Shown: positions 31,649 through 42,121, numbered from the stretch's first letter. The stretch: DNA of 64,000 bases from Candidatus Poribacteria bacterium (GCA_965197475.1 CBDANF010000003.1:2880001-2944000); one strand, 5' to 3'. Notes: generated from the sequence alone by a model not told the origin. Translations and numbers: made by a program.

Positions 31649-32786
31649 CAATCAAAAAAAGCCGGAAAATAAAAAAAGTCCGGAAGAACAGAAAAAAGCT
31701 GAAGAGAAAAAGAAGGCTGTTGACCAAGCTATTTCTCAAGTTGAACGCGCCTACGGAAAAGGCGCAATTATGCGTTTTACTGACAACGAAGTGGTGCCTG
31801 TTGAAGCTATTCCTACAGGAGCCCTTTCGCTTGATATAGCGTTGGGCGTTGGTGGAGTTCCGAGAGGAAGAATTATCGAAATTTTTGGACATGAGGGGAC
31901 AGGAAAAACCACGTTGGCACTTCACATTGTCGCTGAGGCTCAGAAATTGGGCGGAATCGCAGCATTCATTGACGTTGAGCATGCTTTAGACACGACTTAC
32001 GCACGGAATATTGGTGTTAATCTCGAAAACGTATTGATTTCACAACCGGATTCTGGCGAACAAGCATTAGAGATTGTTGAAACTCTCATCCGAAGTGGTG
32101 CGATCGATGTTGTCATTATTGACTCTGTTGCTGCCTTAACACCGCAAGCAGAAGTTGAAGGTGAGATGGGTGATACACATGTCGGATTGCTTCCACGCTT
32201 GATGTCGAAGGCATTAAGAAAATTATCCGGTGTGACAAACAAATCAAAAACTTGCGTCATTTTCACCAATCAGATTCGTCAAAAGATCGGCATCATGTTT
32301 GGGAATCCAGACACGACCCCGGGCGGACTTGCATTGAAGTTTCATACCTCTGTACGATTGGAAATCCGCCGTCCTACACAAATCAAAGAAGGACAAGATG
32401 TGCTTGGGAACAGAGTCCGTGTCAAGGTCGTGAAAAACAAAGTAGCACCGCCCTTCAAAGAAGCGGAATTTGACGTGACTTTCGGCAAAGGTATATCGAA
32501 AGAGGGTACCATTTTAGATATCGCTGTCGAAAACGGGTTTATTGATAAAAGAGGTTCATGGTTCTCATATAACAACGAACGGATAGGTCAAGGTCGGAAT
32601 AATGTAAAAACCTATTTGGAGCAGAATCCTGATGTGGCGGCTGAACTTGATAAAAAAATTCGGGAGAACCTCAGTTCACTTTCCCAATCAGAATCTGTGG
32701 CAGGATCCATTCCGGGCGTTGATGTTGTTGATGAGGAGATTGACACCGAATTTGAAGACACGTCTGATGACGACAATGAAAATTAG
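31638..32786 (+). CDS. recA: Recombinase RecA
   Basis: [50 protein letters not shown]. Confidence 0.97.
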   Translation: MANDNQKKPENKKSPEEQKKAEEKKKAVDQAISQVERAYGKGAIMRFTDNEVVPVEAIPTGALSLDIALGVGGVPRGRIIEIFGHEGTGKTTLALHIVAEAQKLGGIAAFIDVEHALDTTYARNIGVNLENVLISQPDSGEQALEIVETLIRSGAIDVVIIDSVAALTPQAEVEGEMGDTHVGLLPRLMSKALRKLSGVTNKSKTCVIFTNQIRQKIGIMFGNPDTTPGGLALKFHTSVRLEIRRPTQIKEGQDVLGNRVRVKVVKNKVAPPFKEAEFDVTFGKGISKEGTILDIAVENGFIDKRGSWFSYNNERIGQGRNNVKTYLEQNPDVAAELDKKIRENLSSLSQSESVAGSIPGVDVVDEEIDTEFEDTSDDDNEN

Positions 32787-32877
32787 ATTTTTTGATTAGA
32801 TGCCTCTTGTGGGAGGGGTTTTCAACCCGATTTATAGTGATACTTTATCCAAACTGAATACTACTTGTTGTTTTTTC

Positions 32878-32906
32878 TTGATGTAAATTTTCCAACATGC
32901 TATACT
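32878..32906 (+). promoter_or_regulatory. sigma70-type promoter TTGATG-N17-TATACT for the proteasome operon
   Basis: Hexamers with extended -10 TG. Confidence 0.5.
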
Positions 32907-32991
32907 TTTACACCAAAGGTTGGTCCGACAAAATCTGACCATTATTCTACCATACCATCAATCTTTTCAATGGAAAGTGAGAACTTCTTGT

Positions 32992-34788
32992 ATGGCTACC
33001 AAAAGAGAAACTTCATCTGAATTATTAAAAGGTCCCGATATTGAAGGGATTGAATCAGATACGGTTGACTACCCACAGTTGATCCGTGAGTTAAATTGGC
33101 AAATAGAGATGCTTCAAAACGAGGTGGGTGATCTGAGAAGACAACTCAGAGCCGCCCCGGATGAAGATGTTGATGCGCGCTTATACGAAATGACGCGTGA
33201 ACTGATGCAGGCGCACAGACGCAACCGAAAGCTCACAAGTACCCTCAAAGAGGCGAAAGAAAAAATTGAGCTTTTAAAAGAAAAGGTCGACCAACTCAGT
33301 GCGCCCCCGAACAACTACGGCATCTTCCTTGGTGCGAACGATGACAACACAATTGATGTTGACATCAGCGGGAAAAAATGGCGTGTTAACCTTGATCCCG
33401 CCATAAAAGCGGATCAAATACAAGTTGGGCAAGAGGTCATTGTCAATAGTGGCTTAAATGTCATCGCAATCAAACCGCCTGAAAAACACGGTGATGTTGT
33501 TAAGATAAAAGAGGTGCTTGAATCTGACCGTGCTATTGTCAACCTCAGAACAGATGAAGAACAAGTTGTGCGCGTTTCTGCAGCGTTGAAAGACGAAATT
33601 TTGAAGACAGGGGATAGCGTCTTATTGAATCATACCAGCGGGATGCTCCTCGAAAAACTGCCAAAACGTGAACTTGATGACCTACTGCTTGAGGAAGTGC
33701 CGGATATAAGTTATGCTGACATAGGTGGACTGGATACACAGATAGAGTCGATTCGAGATGCCATTGAAATGCCTTATCTTTACCCGGATGAGTACAAAGA
33801 ATTTGATCTGACACCACCGAAAGGTGTGCTGTTGTATGGACCCCCGGGATGCGGAAAAACATTGATAGCGCGGGCGGTGGCGAATAACCTCGCTGAAAGT
33901 ATCCGGCAAAAGACCGGTAAAGATGATGTCAGAGGATATTTTATAAATATTAAGGGACCCGAACTTCTCAATAAGTATGTCGGTGAAACCGAACGCAAAA
34001 TACGAGAAGTCTTCCAAAAGGCGCGTGACAAGTCCAAAGAGGGTTTTCCGGTTGTCATCTTCTTTGATGAAATGGATTCCTTGTTCCGATCACGCGGCAT
34101 GGGAATTTCATCCGACATGGAATCTACATTGGTCCCGCAGTTCCTCGCAGAAATTGATGGTGTAGAAAATTTACGCGATGTTATTGTTATAGGGGCAAGC
34201 AATCGACAAGATCTTCTGGACCCCGCTGTTTTGAGACCGGGTAGGCTTGACATAAAAATAAAGATTGATCGCCCCAACATGGACGGTGCTAAAGATATTT
34301 TTGCTATCTATTTAACACCGGATCTTCCGTTCGCAAAAGAAGAAATGGATAAATTTGATGGTGATACTGATAGTATTTCAGAACATCTCATCTCCGCTGC
34401 TGTGGACGAGATGTACGCGACTACAGATGAGAATAGGTTTATTGAAGTAATATACACCCGTGGTGAACGCGAAACCCTCTTTTTTAAGGATTTTGTGAGC
34501 GGGGCAATGATTAGGAACATTGTTTCACGCGCGAAAAAGACAGCAATTAAACGCTTAATTGATTCTGAAGGAAAGGAAAAGGGGATTTCACTTGACGATC
34601 TGAAGACCGCTATTCGAGAAGAGTATCGTGAAAACGAGGACCTACCGAATACCACTAATCCAGATGACTGGGCAAAGATTTCTGGCAGAAAAGGCGAAAA
34701 GATCGTCAACATTCGGGCACTGATCAATGAACCTGAAACGCGTCGAAAGTCTGAAGTGAGAGTCAGTAAGGGTGGAACTTACCTATAG
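32992..34788 (+). CDS. arc: Proteasome-associated AAA ATPase ARC/Mpa
   Basis: Coiled coil, PPNNYG, EEVPDISYADIGGL, GPPGCGKT, NIKGPELLNKYVGETER, NEDLPNTTNPDDWAKISG, C-terminal GTYL. Confidence 0.95.
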   Translation: MATKRETSSELLKGPDIEGIESDTVDYPQLIRELNWQIEMLQNEVGDLRRQLRAAPDEDVDARLYEMTRELMQAHRRNRKLTSTLKEAKEKIELLKEKVDQLSAPPNNYGIFLGANDDNTIDVDISGKKWRVNLDPAIKADQIQVGQEVIVNSGLNVIAIKPPEKHGDVVKIKEVLESDRAIVNLRTDEEQVVRVSAALKDEILKTGDSVLLNHTSGMLLEKLPKRELDDLLLEEVPDISYADIGGLDTQIESIRDAIEMPYLYPDEYKEFDLTPPKGVLLYGPPGCGKTLIARAVANNLAESIRQKTGKDDVRGYFINIKGPELLNKYVGETERKIREVFQKARDKSKEGFPVVIFFDEMDSLFRSRGMGISSDMESTLVPQFLAEIDGVENLRDVIVIGASNRQDLLDPAVLRPGRLDIKIKIDRPNMDGAKDIFAIYLTPDLPFAKEEMDKFDGDTDSISEHLISAAVDEMYATTDENRFIEVIYTRGERETLFFKDFVSGAMIRNIVSRAKKTAIKRLIDSEGKEKGISLDDLKTAIREEYRENEDLPNTTNPDDWAKISGRKGEKIVNIRALINEPETRRKSEVRVSKGGTYL

Positions 34789-34935
34789 CAGCGGATGTGG
34801 AAGTGCGTAGGTTTCGATCCCACTTCAGGGAGGCGTGCTTTGTAAGCGCGCTGATTGTCTGAACCAGAGCGTAGCGAAACCCAACATGTGTTTGAATCCG
34901 TATCTTGAATCACGTTATAAATACGAAAGAGAATA

Positions 34936-36423
34936 ATGGCAGTACCAACAATTATCGGCACCGAAACTGAATTCGGCATCTCTGTCAAAAATGCACGAGA
35001 GCAAGACCCGATAGCGGCATCAACATTAGTTGTAAACGCCTATAAAAGCCGTAACATTCCAACGATTTCATGGGATTACGCACAAGAAAGTCCATTGATG
35101 GATGCCCGCGGATTCATGGAAGAAGCGCAAAATACATCAGTGGAGGACGAGAACCACAATGTTATCAACGATATTTTGATAAACGGTGGTAGATATTATG
35201 TGGACCATGCGCACCCGGAGTACTGCACACCCGAATGCTCAAACGCTCGAGACCTCGTCAAATATGAAAAAGCAGGCGAACTCATTTTAGATTTAAGCCG
35301 TCTCACTGCAGAGCAGTTGCTACTGGATAACCAAGAAATTATTATCTACAAAAACAATACGGATTACAAAGGACATAGTTACGGAGCACATGAAAATTAC
35401 CTGATGTCGCGTAAGGTGCCATTTTCGGATATTGTTAACGGATTAACACCTTTCCTTGTAACACGTCAGATTATTACCGGAAGCGGTAAGGTGGGTGCAG
35501 AAAACGGGGCCGACGATACGGATTTCCAAATTTCACAACGAGCGGATTTCTTCGAAAAAGAGGTCGGTCTCAGCACAATGGTCGAACGCCCCTTGATCAA
35601 TACTCGCGATGAACCGCACGCAGATTCAAAACTTTATCGTCGGTTACATGTTATCGTCGGTGATTCAAACATGTCCGAATACGCTATCTACTTAAAAGTC
35701 GGTATTACGGCTATCGTCTTGCAATTAATAGAGAAAGGTGTCGTCGGTAATCAATTTGCTTTACAAGAACCTGTTGCGGTGGTAAAATCTGTATCACGTG
35801 ATCTATCCTGTAAAAACAAGATTGCGCTAAAAGATGGTCGCGAATGGACAGCAATAGAGGTTCAACGAGCGTATCTTGAACTTGCGCATCAATATCTGTC
35901 GGATGAGGAGCGAACTCCTATTGTTGAAGATGTCTTGGATAAATGGGAATTTGTCTTAAAAAGTTTACAAATGGATCCAATGTCATTAGGACAGCATTTA
36001 GATTGGATTATTAAGAAAAGACTCATTGATGCTTATGTAGCACGACACGATTTTAAATGGACTGACCCGCGTGTTCGGATGCTTGACCTTCAGTATCATG
36101 ACTTACGCCCGGATAAAGGACTTTACGCACGATTGCTCAAAAATGGACATGTTGAATGCATCTTAACGCATGAGGAAATTGTTCATGCAATTCAGCATCC
36201 GCCTTTAGACACGCGCGCATATTTTCGAGGCACATGTTTACGAAAATTTCCAAATAATATTCACAGCGTAAGCTGGAATTCAATTATTTTCAACGGTCCA
36301 ACCGGTTTTGATAAAATTATGATGGAACGTCCGCACTTTGGCACACAAGAAATTGTCGGTGAACTGCTAAACACCTGTACAGTCGATGAACTCGTGAACC
36401 AAATCCGAATTGACAGTAAATAA
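34936..36423 (+). CDS. dop: Pup deamidase/depupylase Dop
   Basis: GTETEFG, NGGRYYVDHAHPEYCTPE, KNNTDYKGHSYGAHENY, RPLINTRDEPH. Confidence 0.93.
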   Translation: MAVPTIIGTETEFGISVKNAREQDPIAASTLVVNAYKSRNIPTISWDYAQESPLMDARGFMEEAQNTSVEDENHNVINDILINGGRYYVDHAHPEYCTPECSNARDLVKYEKAGELILDLSRLTAEQLLLDNQEIIIYKNNTDYKGHSYGAHENYLMSRKVPFSDIVNGLTPFLVTRQIITGSGKVGAENGADDTDFQISQRADFFEKEVGLSTMVERPLINTRDEPHADSKLYRRLHVIVGDSNMSEYAIYLKVGITAIVLQLIEKGVVGNQFALQEPVAVVKSVSRDLSCKNKIALKDGREWTAIEVQRAYLELAHQYLSDEERTPIVEDVLDKWEFVLKSLQMDPMSLGQHLDWIIKKRLIDAYVARHDFKWTDPRVRMLDLQYHDLRPDKGLYARLLKNGHVECILTHEEIVHAIQHPPLDTRAYFRGTCLRKFPNNIHSVSWNSIIFNGPTGFDKIMMERPHFGTQEIVGELLNTCTVDELVNQIRIDSK

Positions 36424-36517
36424 CTTTGTTGATTAGGGGTTTAACCCCGATGTTGATAATATGCGATAACGCAGGTATATGGGTTTTCGTAACCCAAACT
36501 TTAAAAAGGAGTACCAC

Positions 36518-36715
36518 ATGCCACGCGAAAAACAGCAAGAATACCGAGATCACCCCATCAATGAAAATGAGGAGATCCAACCTAATCCCGAACTCAATGA
36601 TAACGTTGACGAGTTGACTGAAGATTTAGACGCACTTCTTGATGAAATTGATGAGATTTTAGAAGAGGATTCCGAGGAATTCGTTGAAAACTATATCCAG
36701 CGGGGAGGGCAGTAG
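36518..36715 (+). CDS. pup: Prokaryotic ubiquitin-like protein Pup (C-terminal GGQ)
   Basis: LDALLDEIDEILEEDSEEFVENYIQRGGQ; AAGGAG RBS. Confidence 0.93.
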   Translation: MPREKQQEYRDHPINENEEIQPNPELNDNVDELTEDLDALLDEIDEILEEDSEEFVENYIQRGGQ

Positions 36716-36717
36716 GA

Positions 36718-37509
36718 TTGCTCAAACCCGGTGACTATGGAACTTCCGATTTTTTGCAAATTCTGAAAAGCCGATATCCCGATCAGGTAGGTGACTGGAA
36801 CCGACTCAACGGGTTGCAGGATACCCTTCAACACAATTTTCTGGAGGGCACTACAGTCCTTGCACTTGTTTACAGTGATGGAGTTATCATCGCAGGAGAC
36901 CGCCAAGCAACAGAAGGCTACCAAGTCGGAGAGCGGCGGATTCAGAAAGTTTATAAAATCGATCAGCATTCCGCAATTGCTGTTGCTGGTGTCGCAGGGC
37001 CCTGTATTGAAACAGCAAAACTTTTCCAAGTTCAAATTGAATTTTATGAAAAGATAGAAGGGGCATCTTTGAGTTTAGATGGGCAAGCTAACTATCTGTC
37101 TACGCTCGTTAGATCAAATTTAAGTTTAGCCATGCAGGGGCTTATTGTTTTGCCGATTTTTGCTGGCTATGACTTAAAACAGGGGAAGGGACGAATTTTT
37201 AAGTACGATGCACTGGGCGGACGTTACGAGGAAGATACTTATTATGCTATCGGTTCCGGTGGGAAAGATGCCCGCTCAACACTAAAAAAGTTGTATCAAC
37301 CGCAGATGTCAAAACAGTCCGCGCTAAATGCAATTGCAGAAGCTCTCTGGGATGCAGCAGATGAGGATATTGCGACTGGTGGTCCAGATTTAATTCGCAA
37401 AATCTTTCCAACCTTGACGATAATTACAGAAGAAGGTGTTTCCGATATCCCGGATGACACCGTTGCAGAGTTGTTCCGGGAGTTAATTTCCCGCTTAGAA
37501 CACCCGTAG
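36718..37509 (+). CDS. prcB: 20S proteasome beta subunit
   Basis: Propeptide then G|TT catalytic Thr, AGDRQATEG, GSGG, DIATGGPD. Confidence 0.93.
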   Translation: MLKPGDYGTSDFLQILKSRYPDQVGDWNRLNGLQDTLQHNFLEGTTVLALVYSDGVIIAGDRQATEGYQVGERRIQKVYKIDQHSAIAVAGVAGPCIETAKLFQVQIEFYEKIEGASLSLDGQANYLSTLVRSNLSLAMQGLIVLPIFAGYDLKQGKGRIFKYDALGGRYEEDTYYAIGSGGKDARSTLKKLYQPQMSKQSALNAIAEALWDAADEDIATGGPDLIRKIFPTLTIITEEGVSDIPDDTVAELFRELISRLEHP

Positions 37510-37555
37510 ACGTGTTTAGCATGCGCGTTTTCGGTAGACCTTTCAGGGAGTATGA

Positions 37556-38266
37556 ATGTCTACACCTTACTACGTGTCGCCTGAACAGATTTGGGAAGAT
37601 AAAAAGGATTTTGTCCGTCGCGGGATTGAACAAGCAAAAGAGGTTGTCGCTTTAGCGTATAAAGATGGACTTTTGATGGTTGCTGAAAACCCACGTAAAA
37701 TGACCTTTAAAATTTCTGAAATTTATGACAAAATTGCACTTGCATCAACTGGTCGGGTTGCTGAATACGAAGCACTTCGGGTAGCAGGAATTCGTGAATC
37801 AGAAATAAAAGGATATACCTATTATCGGGAAGATGTCACCGGAAAATGGTTGACAAATCTCTATTCACAACACATGGGCGCGATCTCCCAGGCATGGGAC
37901 GCAAAACCTCTGGAGCTTGAATTGCTTGTGTGTGAGGTCGATGGAAATCCTGCCGTCGGCAACCAGATTTACTACATAGACTTTGACGGCACCTATCAGG
38001 AAGAGGAAAAATTTGCGGTAATAGGCGGTAGATCAGATGCTATCGCTGAGATACTTAAGGATACTTACACAGAAGGTTTGGAATTTGTTGAAGCATTACA
38101 ACTTGCCGCACGCACCTTTGAAACCATTGAAGCTGAAGAGTCGGAACCGTATGAGATATCGCCACAAACTATAGAAGTTGCGTGTCTTGACGCAACTACT
38201 GGACGCCGTAAATTTCGTCGGTTTTCCGTTGAAGCTATAGCTGAGATTTTTAACCATGCATCGTAG
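37556..38266 (+). CDS. prcA: 20S proteasome alpha subunit
   Basis: PYYVSPEQ, KISEIYDKI, REDVT, KPLELE, RRKFRR. Confidence 0.93.
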   Translation: MSTPYYVSPEQIWEDKKDFVRRGIEQAKEVVALAYKDGLLMVAENPRKMTFKISEIYDKIALASTGRVAEYEALRVAGIRESEIKGYTYYREDVTGKWLTNLYSQHMGAISQAWDAKPLELELLVCEVDGNPAVGNQIYYIDFDGTYQEEEKFAVIGGRSDAIAEILKDTYTEGLEFVEALQLAARTFETIEAEESEPYEISPQTIEVACLDATTGRRKFRRFSVEAIAEIFNHAS

Positions 38267-39617
38267 AATTTATGGTTTGGAAACCGAATACGGAATAATC
38301 TGTACCCCTGAAAAAAGCAGAGGTAAAAAACTCACGGTACAGAATGTTGTGATGTATCTGTTCCGTGAAATTATTTCTGGACGGATGTATCCCGATGTGT
38401 TTCTGGAAAACGGCGCACGGTTTTATCAAGACATTGGGTGCCACCCTGAGTACGCAACCCCCGAATGCGATGACGTGATTGAACTGGTCGCACACGATAA
38501 AGCGGGAGAGCGAATCGTCACGCGGCTTGCTACCACAGCTGAGCGTAGGATGCGAGCAGACGGTTTCCGAGGAAAAATCTCTATTTTTAAAAATAACTTA
38601 GATTCGGTAGGAAATACCTACGGCTGTCATGAAAACTATCTAATGGAGCGAGAAAAAGTTAGTTTCCGGCAGTTGGCATCACAACTCATCCCTTTTTTTG
38701 TCACCCGACAAATTTACTCAGGCGCGGGCAAAGTAAAACGAAGTGATCAAGGTTTCTATGAGATTTCACAGCGCGCACAACATATCCGAGAAGAAATTTC
38801 CATCGCTACGACCACAGCACGCGGCATTATCAACACGCGCGATGAACCCCACGCGGACCGAGAAAAATATCGGCGGTTGCATGTCATCGTTGGTGATTCT
38901 AATATGTCCGAATTTTCAACGTTTTTGAAAGTTGGCACAACTGGAATCATTCTCAGGATGATTGAAGACCATTTTATTGAAGAACATTTCGCACTACGCA
39001 ACTCTGTGCAAGCGATACATGAAATCTCTGAAGACATTACCTGCAAGCGACTTATTGAACTTGACAACGGAAAAAGACTATCTGCTATAGAACTTCAATG
39101 GCAATACTTTGAATGTGCAAAACGATATCTCGAACAGGCAGAATCAGACCCAACGACTGATGAGGTTATGGCGCGCTGGGAATACGTCATGACCTGTCTT
39201 GAAGATGATCCAATGCAATTAGATCGTGAACTTGACTGGATCATCAAGCGAAAGTGGATTGAAACTTATATCAAACACCGTTCTCTAAACTGGGATTCCG
39301 CAGAAGTGAAACGCCTGGATTTAGAATACCATAACATTCGACAAGATGCGGGTGTTTACTACAAAGCTGAAAAACGAGGTTTGACAGAACGGATTTTGGA
39401 CGATACTCAGATTCGTCGCGCCATGCATGCCCCGCCTGAAAATACCCGTGCTAAATTTCGCGGTAGATTTATCAAACTTGTTAATAATGGCAAAGTTTTA
39501 TGTGGCGTAAATTGGAGTTATATCCAACTGTATGAACCTTACCAAAAACTATATCTGTCTACTGACCCACTTAATCCGGAATTTGAAGAAGCAAGTCGAA
39601 TGATTTACTCAATTTAA
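38256..39617 (+). CDS. pafA: Pup--protein ligase
   Basis: RRIYGLETEYG, NGARFYQDIGCHPEYATPE, GNTYGCHENY, TTTARGIINTRDEPH, TRAKFRG. Confidence 0.93.
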   Translation: MHRRIYGLETEYGIICTPEKSRGKKLTVQNVVMYLFREIISGRMYPDVFLENGARFYQDIGCHPEYATPECDDVIELVAHDKAGERIVTRLATTAERRMRADGFRGKISIFKNNLDSVGNTYGCHENYLMEREKVSFRQLASQLIPFFVTRQIYSGAGKVKRSDQGFYEISQRAQHIREEISIATTTARGIINTRDEPHADREKYRRLHVIVGDSNMSEFSTFLKVGTTGIILRMIEDHFIEEHFALRNSVQAIHEISEDITCKRLIELDNGKRLSAIELQWQYFECAKRYLEQAESDPTTDEVMARWEYVMTCLEDDPMQLDRELDWIIKRKWIETYIKHRSLNWDSAEVKRLDLEYHNIRQDAGVYYKAEKRGLTERILDDTQIRRAMHAPPENTRAKFRGRFIKLVNNGKVLCGVNWSYIQLYEPYQKLYLSTDPLNPEFEEASRMIYSI

Positions 39618-39688
39618 TCCTAAAACATCCGAATATAAAAATAACTATGAGTTAATATGCTTTACCTCAGCAAAATCCAATGCCAACC

Positions 39689-39717
39689 TTGACACGCACT
39701 CCCAGTTACGCTACAAT
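39689..39717 (+). promoter_or_regulatory. sigma70 promoter TTGACA-N17-TACAAT
   Basis: Upstream of Uma2-mod. Confidence 0.65.
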
Positions 39718-39747
39718 GAAGATATCAGTGAATTACCGGAGGAACCC

Positions 39748-40338
39748 ATGGCAACTTCTGCAGTACAAACATACCTCACACCCGAAGAATATATTACTTT
39801 AGAACGCAAGGCGATACCTGACGCAGAAACAGTTAGAAGTGAGTACGTTAAGGGTAAAATAATCGCAATGTCCGGTGCAAGTCGAGAACACAATCTTATT
39901 ACCAGTAATATATCTGGTGAACTTCGCAATCTGCTGAAAGGTGGCGAATGCGAAACTTATGCAAACGAAATGCGGGTAAGTACACCCAGTACTTCATCCT
40001 ATTTCTACCCCGATGTCGTTGTCGTCTGCGAAGAACCACGTTTTGAAGATGATGTCTTTGATATACTTCTCAATCCAATTATTCTCGTAGAAGTTTTGTC
40101 ACCTTCAACAGAGGCTTATGATCGCGGTGAAAAATTTATTCACTACCGACAGCTGCCATCTTTACAGGAATACATCCTTGTTGCACAAGACAAGATTTGT
40201 GTTGAATGCTTCAGCCGCCAAGAGAACCAGTGGATTTTAACCGATTTTCAAAACCTTGAGGAACGCCTACCGCTTATTTCAGTCCAATCTGAACTGCCTT
40301 TGCGTGAAATTTATGATCGCGTAACATTTCCTGAATAA
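39748..40338 (+). CDS. Uma2/DUF820 family endonuclease
   Basis: YPDVVVVC, NPIILVEVLSPSTEAYDRGEKF. Confidence 0.9.
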   Translation: MATSAVQTYLTPEEYITLERKAIPDAETVRSEYVKGKIIAMSGASREHNLITSNISGELRNLLKGGECETYANEMRVSTPSTSSYFYPDVVVVCEEPRFEDDVFDILLNPIILVEVLSPSTEAYDRGEKFIHYRQLPSLQEYILVAQDKICVECFSRQENQWILTDFQNLEERLPLISVQSELPLREIYDRVTFPE

Positions 40339-40351
40339 GTATAGGCGAACT

Positions 40352-42043
40352 GTGAAAGATACTACATTTATGCCAAAACAGAACTTCAACGAAAAACTGA
40401 TCGCACTCCTCAAAACCCATCCCGAATTTACTGACGAATCAGATGAACTCCTCCCCGCTGCAGTCAAAGACCACGCATGGCAACTCAACCACAACCTCAT
40501 CAGGTTACTTCTTTCCGACCCAGAGATAAAAACAACCTTCTTTGACGAAATTGACGGACATTGGGTTTTTAACCACAACACCTTCATTGATTATATCGAT
40601 GAAAAGAATTTCCTCGCCAATTCCTATACCCAATTCCGCAACAAAATCGGCTTGAACATTGATGGTAGGTTTCTCCGAGAACGCGGCGAAGTCTCACTTG
40701 TGTGGCCCTACAAAGATTGCGTGCTTGAGGGCGGACAAACAAAGGAGGAGGAGAAACGGAAAGAGATATTTTTCAACGAAATCCTCGCGCAAGACGAAAT
40801 CAACCGCATGTTTGATCCGAAGGTACTTACTAATTGGAAACGCCACACCGCCACAGGTGAACAGGATGTAACAGAGATCCAACGCGATGACAAGGGCATT
40901 ATCCGCGAAAACCTTATCATCAAGGGCAATAACCTCATTGCACTTCACACCCTTAAACAGCAGTTCCGCGGACAGGTTAAACTGATTTACATTGACCCCC
41001 CTTTTAACACTGGAAACGATTCATTTGGTTATAACGACTCATTCAACCATTCCACCTGGCTAACGTTTATGAAGAATAGACTGGAAGTGGCTAAAGAATT
41101 GTTAAAAGATGATGGTTCAATCTATGTTCATCTTGATGCCAATGAAGTCCATTATTGTAAAGTATTGATGGATGAAATTTTTGGTAGAGGCAATTTTCAG
41201 CGAGAAATTATTTGGCGGATTGGTTGGGTATCAGGTTTCAAAACAACAGTGAAGAATTGGGTCAGAAATCACGATACAATTCTGTTTTATACAAATAAAA
41301 AATTGTTTTTTAATAAGGAGTATATCCCATATCCAGAGAATTATGTGCGTAGGGATGGAAGTACTCCAGATGGAGTAGGACAAGCCATAGAAGATACTTG
41401 GAATTGCAGTGAGTTGGACAAACTTGATTCAATTCAAATTAAGAGTTTTGGTAAAGAGAAAACTGGTTTTCTTACTCAAAAAAATGAAGAATTGTTAAGA
41501 CGTATAATATTTTCTGCGACAAATGAAAGTGATATTATCCTTGATTTTACTGCGGGAAGTGGCACAACAAATGCAGTTGCTCACAAAATGAACAGACAAT
41601 ACATTGGCATTGAACAGTTAGGGAAAGGCGTAGTTTATACAATTGAACGCTTAAAAAAAGTAATTGCTGGTGATCAATTTGGTATCTCTAAATCGGTTAA
41701 TTGGCAGGGTGGTGGTGATTTCATCTATTGTGAACTGAGGAAATACAACCAAGCATATATGGACAAAATCCAAGCCGCGCAATCCTCTGAAGAACTTGTT
41801 GCACTCTGGAAAGACATCGCCCAAAACTCGTTCCTTAACTGGTATGTCAATGCAGAAACGCCACAAGAAGCGGTAGACGATTTCATCAAAATTGATGACC
41901 TTGAAGCACAGAAACATTGCTTGGTAGAATTGCTGGATAAAAATCAACTCTATGTCAACCTCTCCGAAATAGAGGATACGGATTTTGGTGTGAGTGAGGA
42001 AGATAAGGCGTTGAATAAGACGTTTTATGGGGGTTCTTCGTAG
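40352..42043 (+). CDS. mod: Type III R-M methyltransferase (Mod)
   Basis: NLIIKGNNL, YIDPPFNTG, HSTWLTFMKNRL, DFTAGSGTT, WQGGGDF. Confidence 0.9.
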   Translation: MKDTTFMPKQNFNEKLIALLKTHPEFTDESDELLPAAVKDHAWQLNHNLIRLLLSDPEIKTTFFDEIDGHWVFNHNTFIDYIDEKNFLANSYTQFRNKIGLNIDGRFLRERGEVSLVWPYKDCVLEGGQTKEEEKRKEIFFNEILAQDEINRMFDPKVLTNWKRHTATGEQDVTEIQRDDKGIIRENLIIKGNNLIALHTLKQQFRGQVKLIYIDPPFNTGNDSFGYNDSFNHSTWLTFMKNRLEVAKELLKDDGSIYVHLDANEVHYCKVLMDEIFGRGNFQREIIWRIGWVSGFKTTVKNWVRNHDTILFYTNKKLFFNKEYIPYPENYVRRDGSTPDGVGQAIEDTWNCSELDKLDSIQIKSFGKEKTGFLTQKNEELLRRIIFSATNESDIILDFTAGSGTTNAVAHKMNRQYIGIEQLGKGVVYTIERLKKVIAGDQFGISKSVNWQGGGDFIYCELRKYNQAYMDKIQAAQSSEELVALWKDIAQNSFLNWYVNAETPQEAVDDFIKIDDLEAQKHCLVELLDKNQLYVNLSEIEDTDFGVSEEDKALNKTFYGGSS

Positions 42044-42095
42044 CGCAAACTTTTAGTTTGCGTGCTAAGATGCACAAACTGAAAGTTTGTGCTAC
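42040..42095. repeat. Inverted pair of GTAG REP-like palindromes
   Basis: GTAGCGCAAACTTTTAGTTTGCG ... GCACAAACTGAAAGTTTGTGCTAC. Confidence 0.7.
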
Positions 42096-42121
42096 AATAG
42101 ACTTTGCTGCATGCTACTTTT

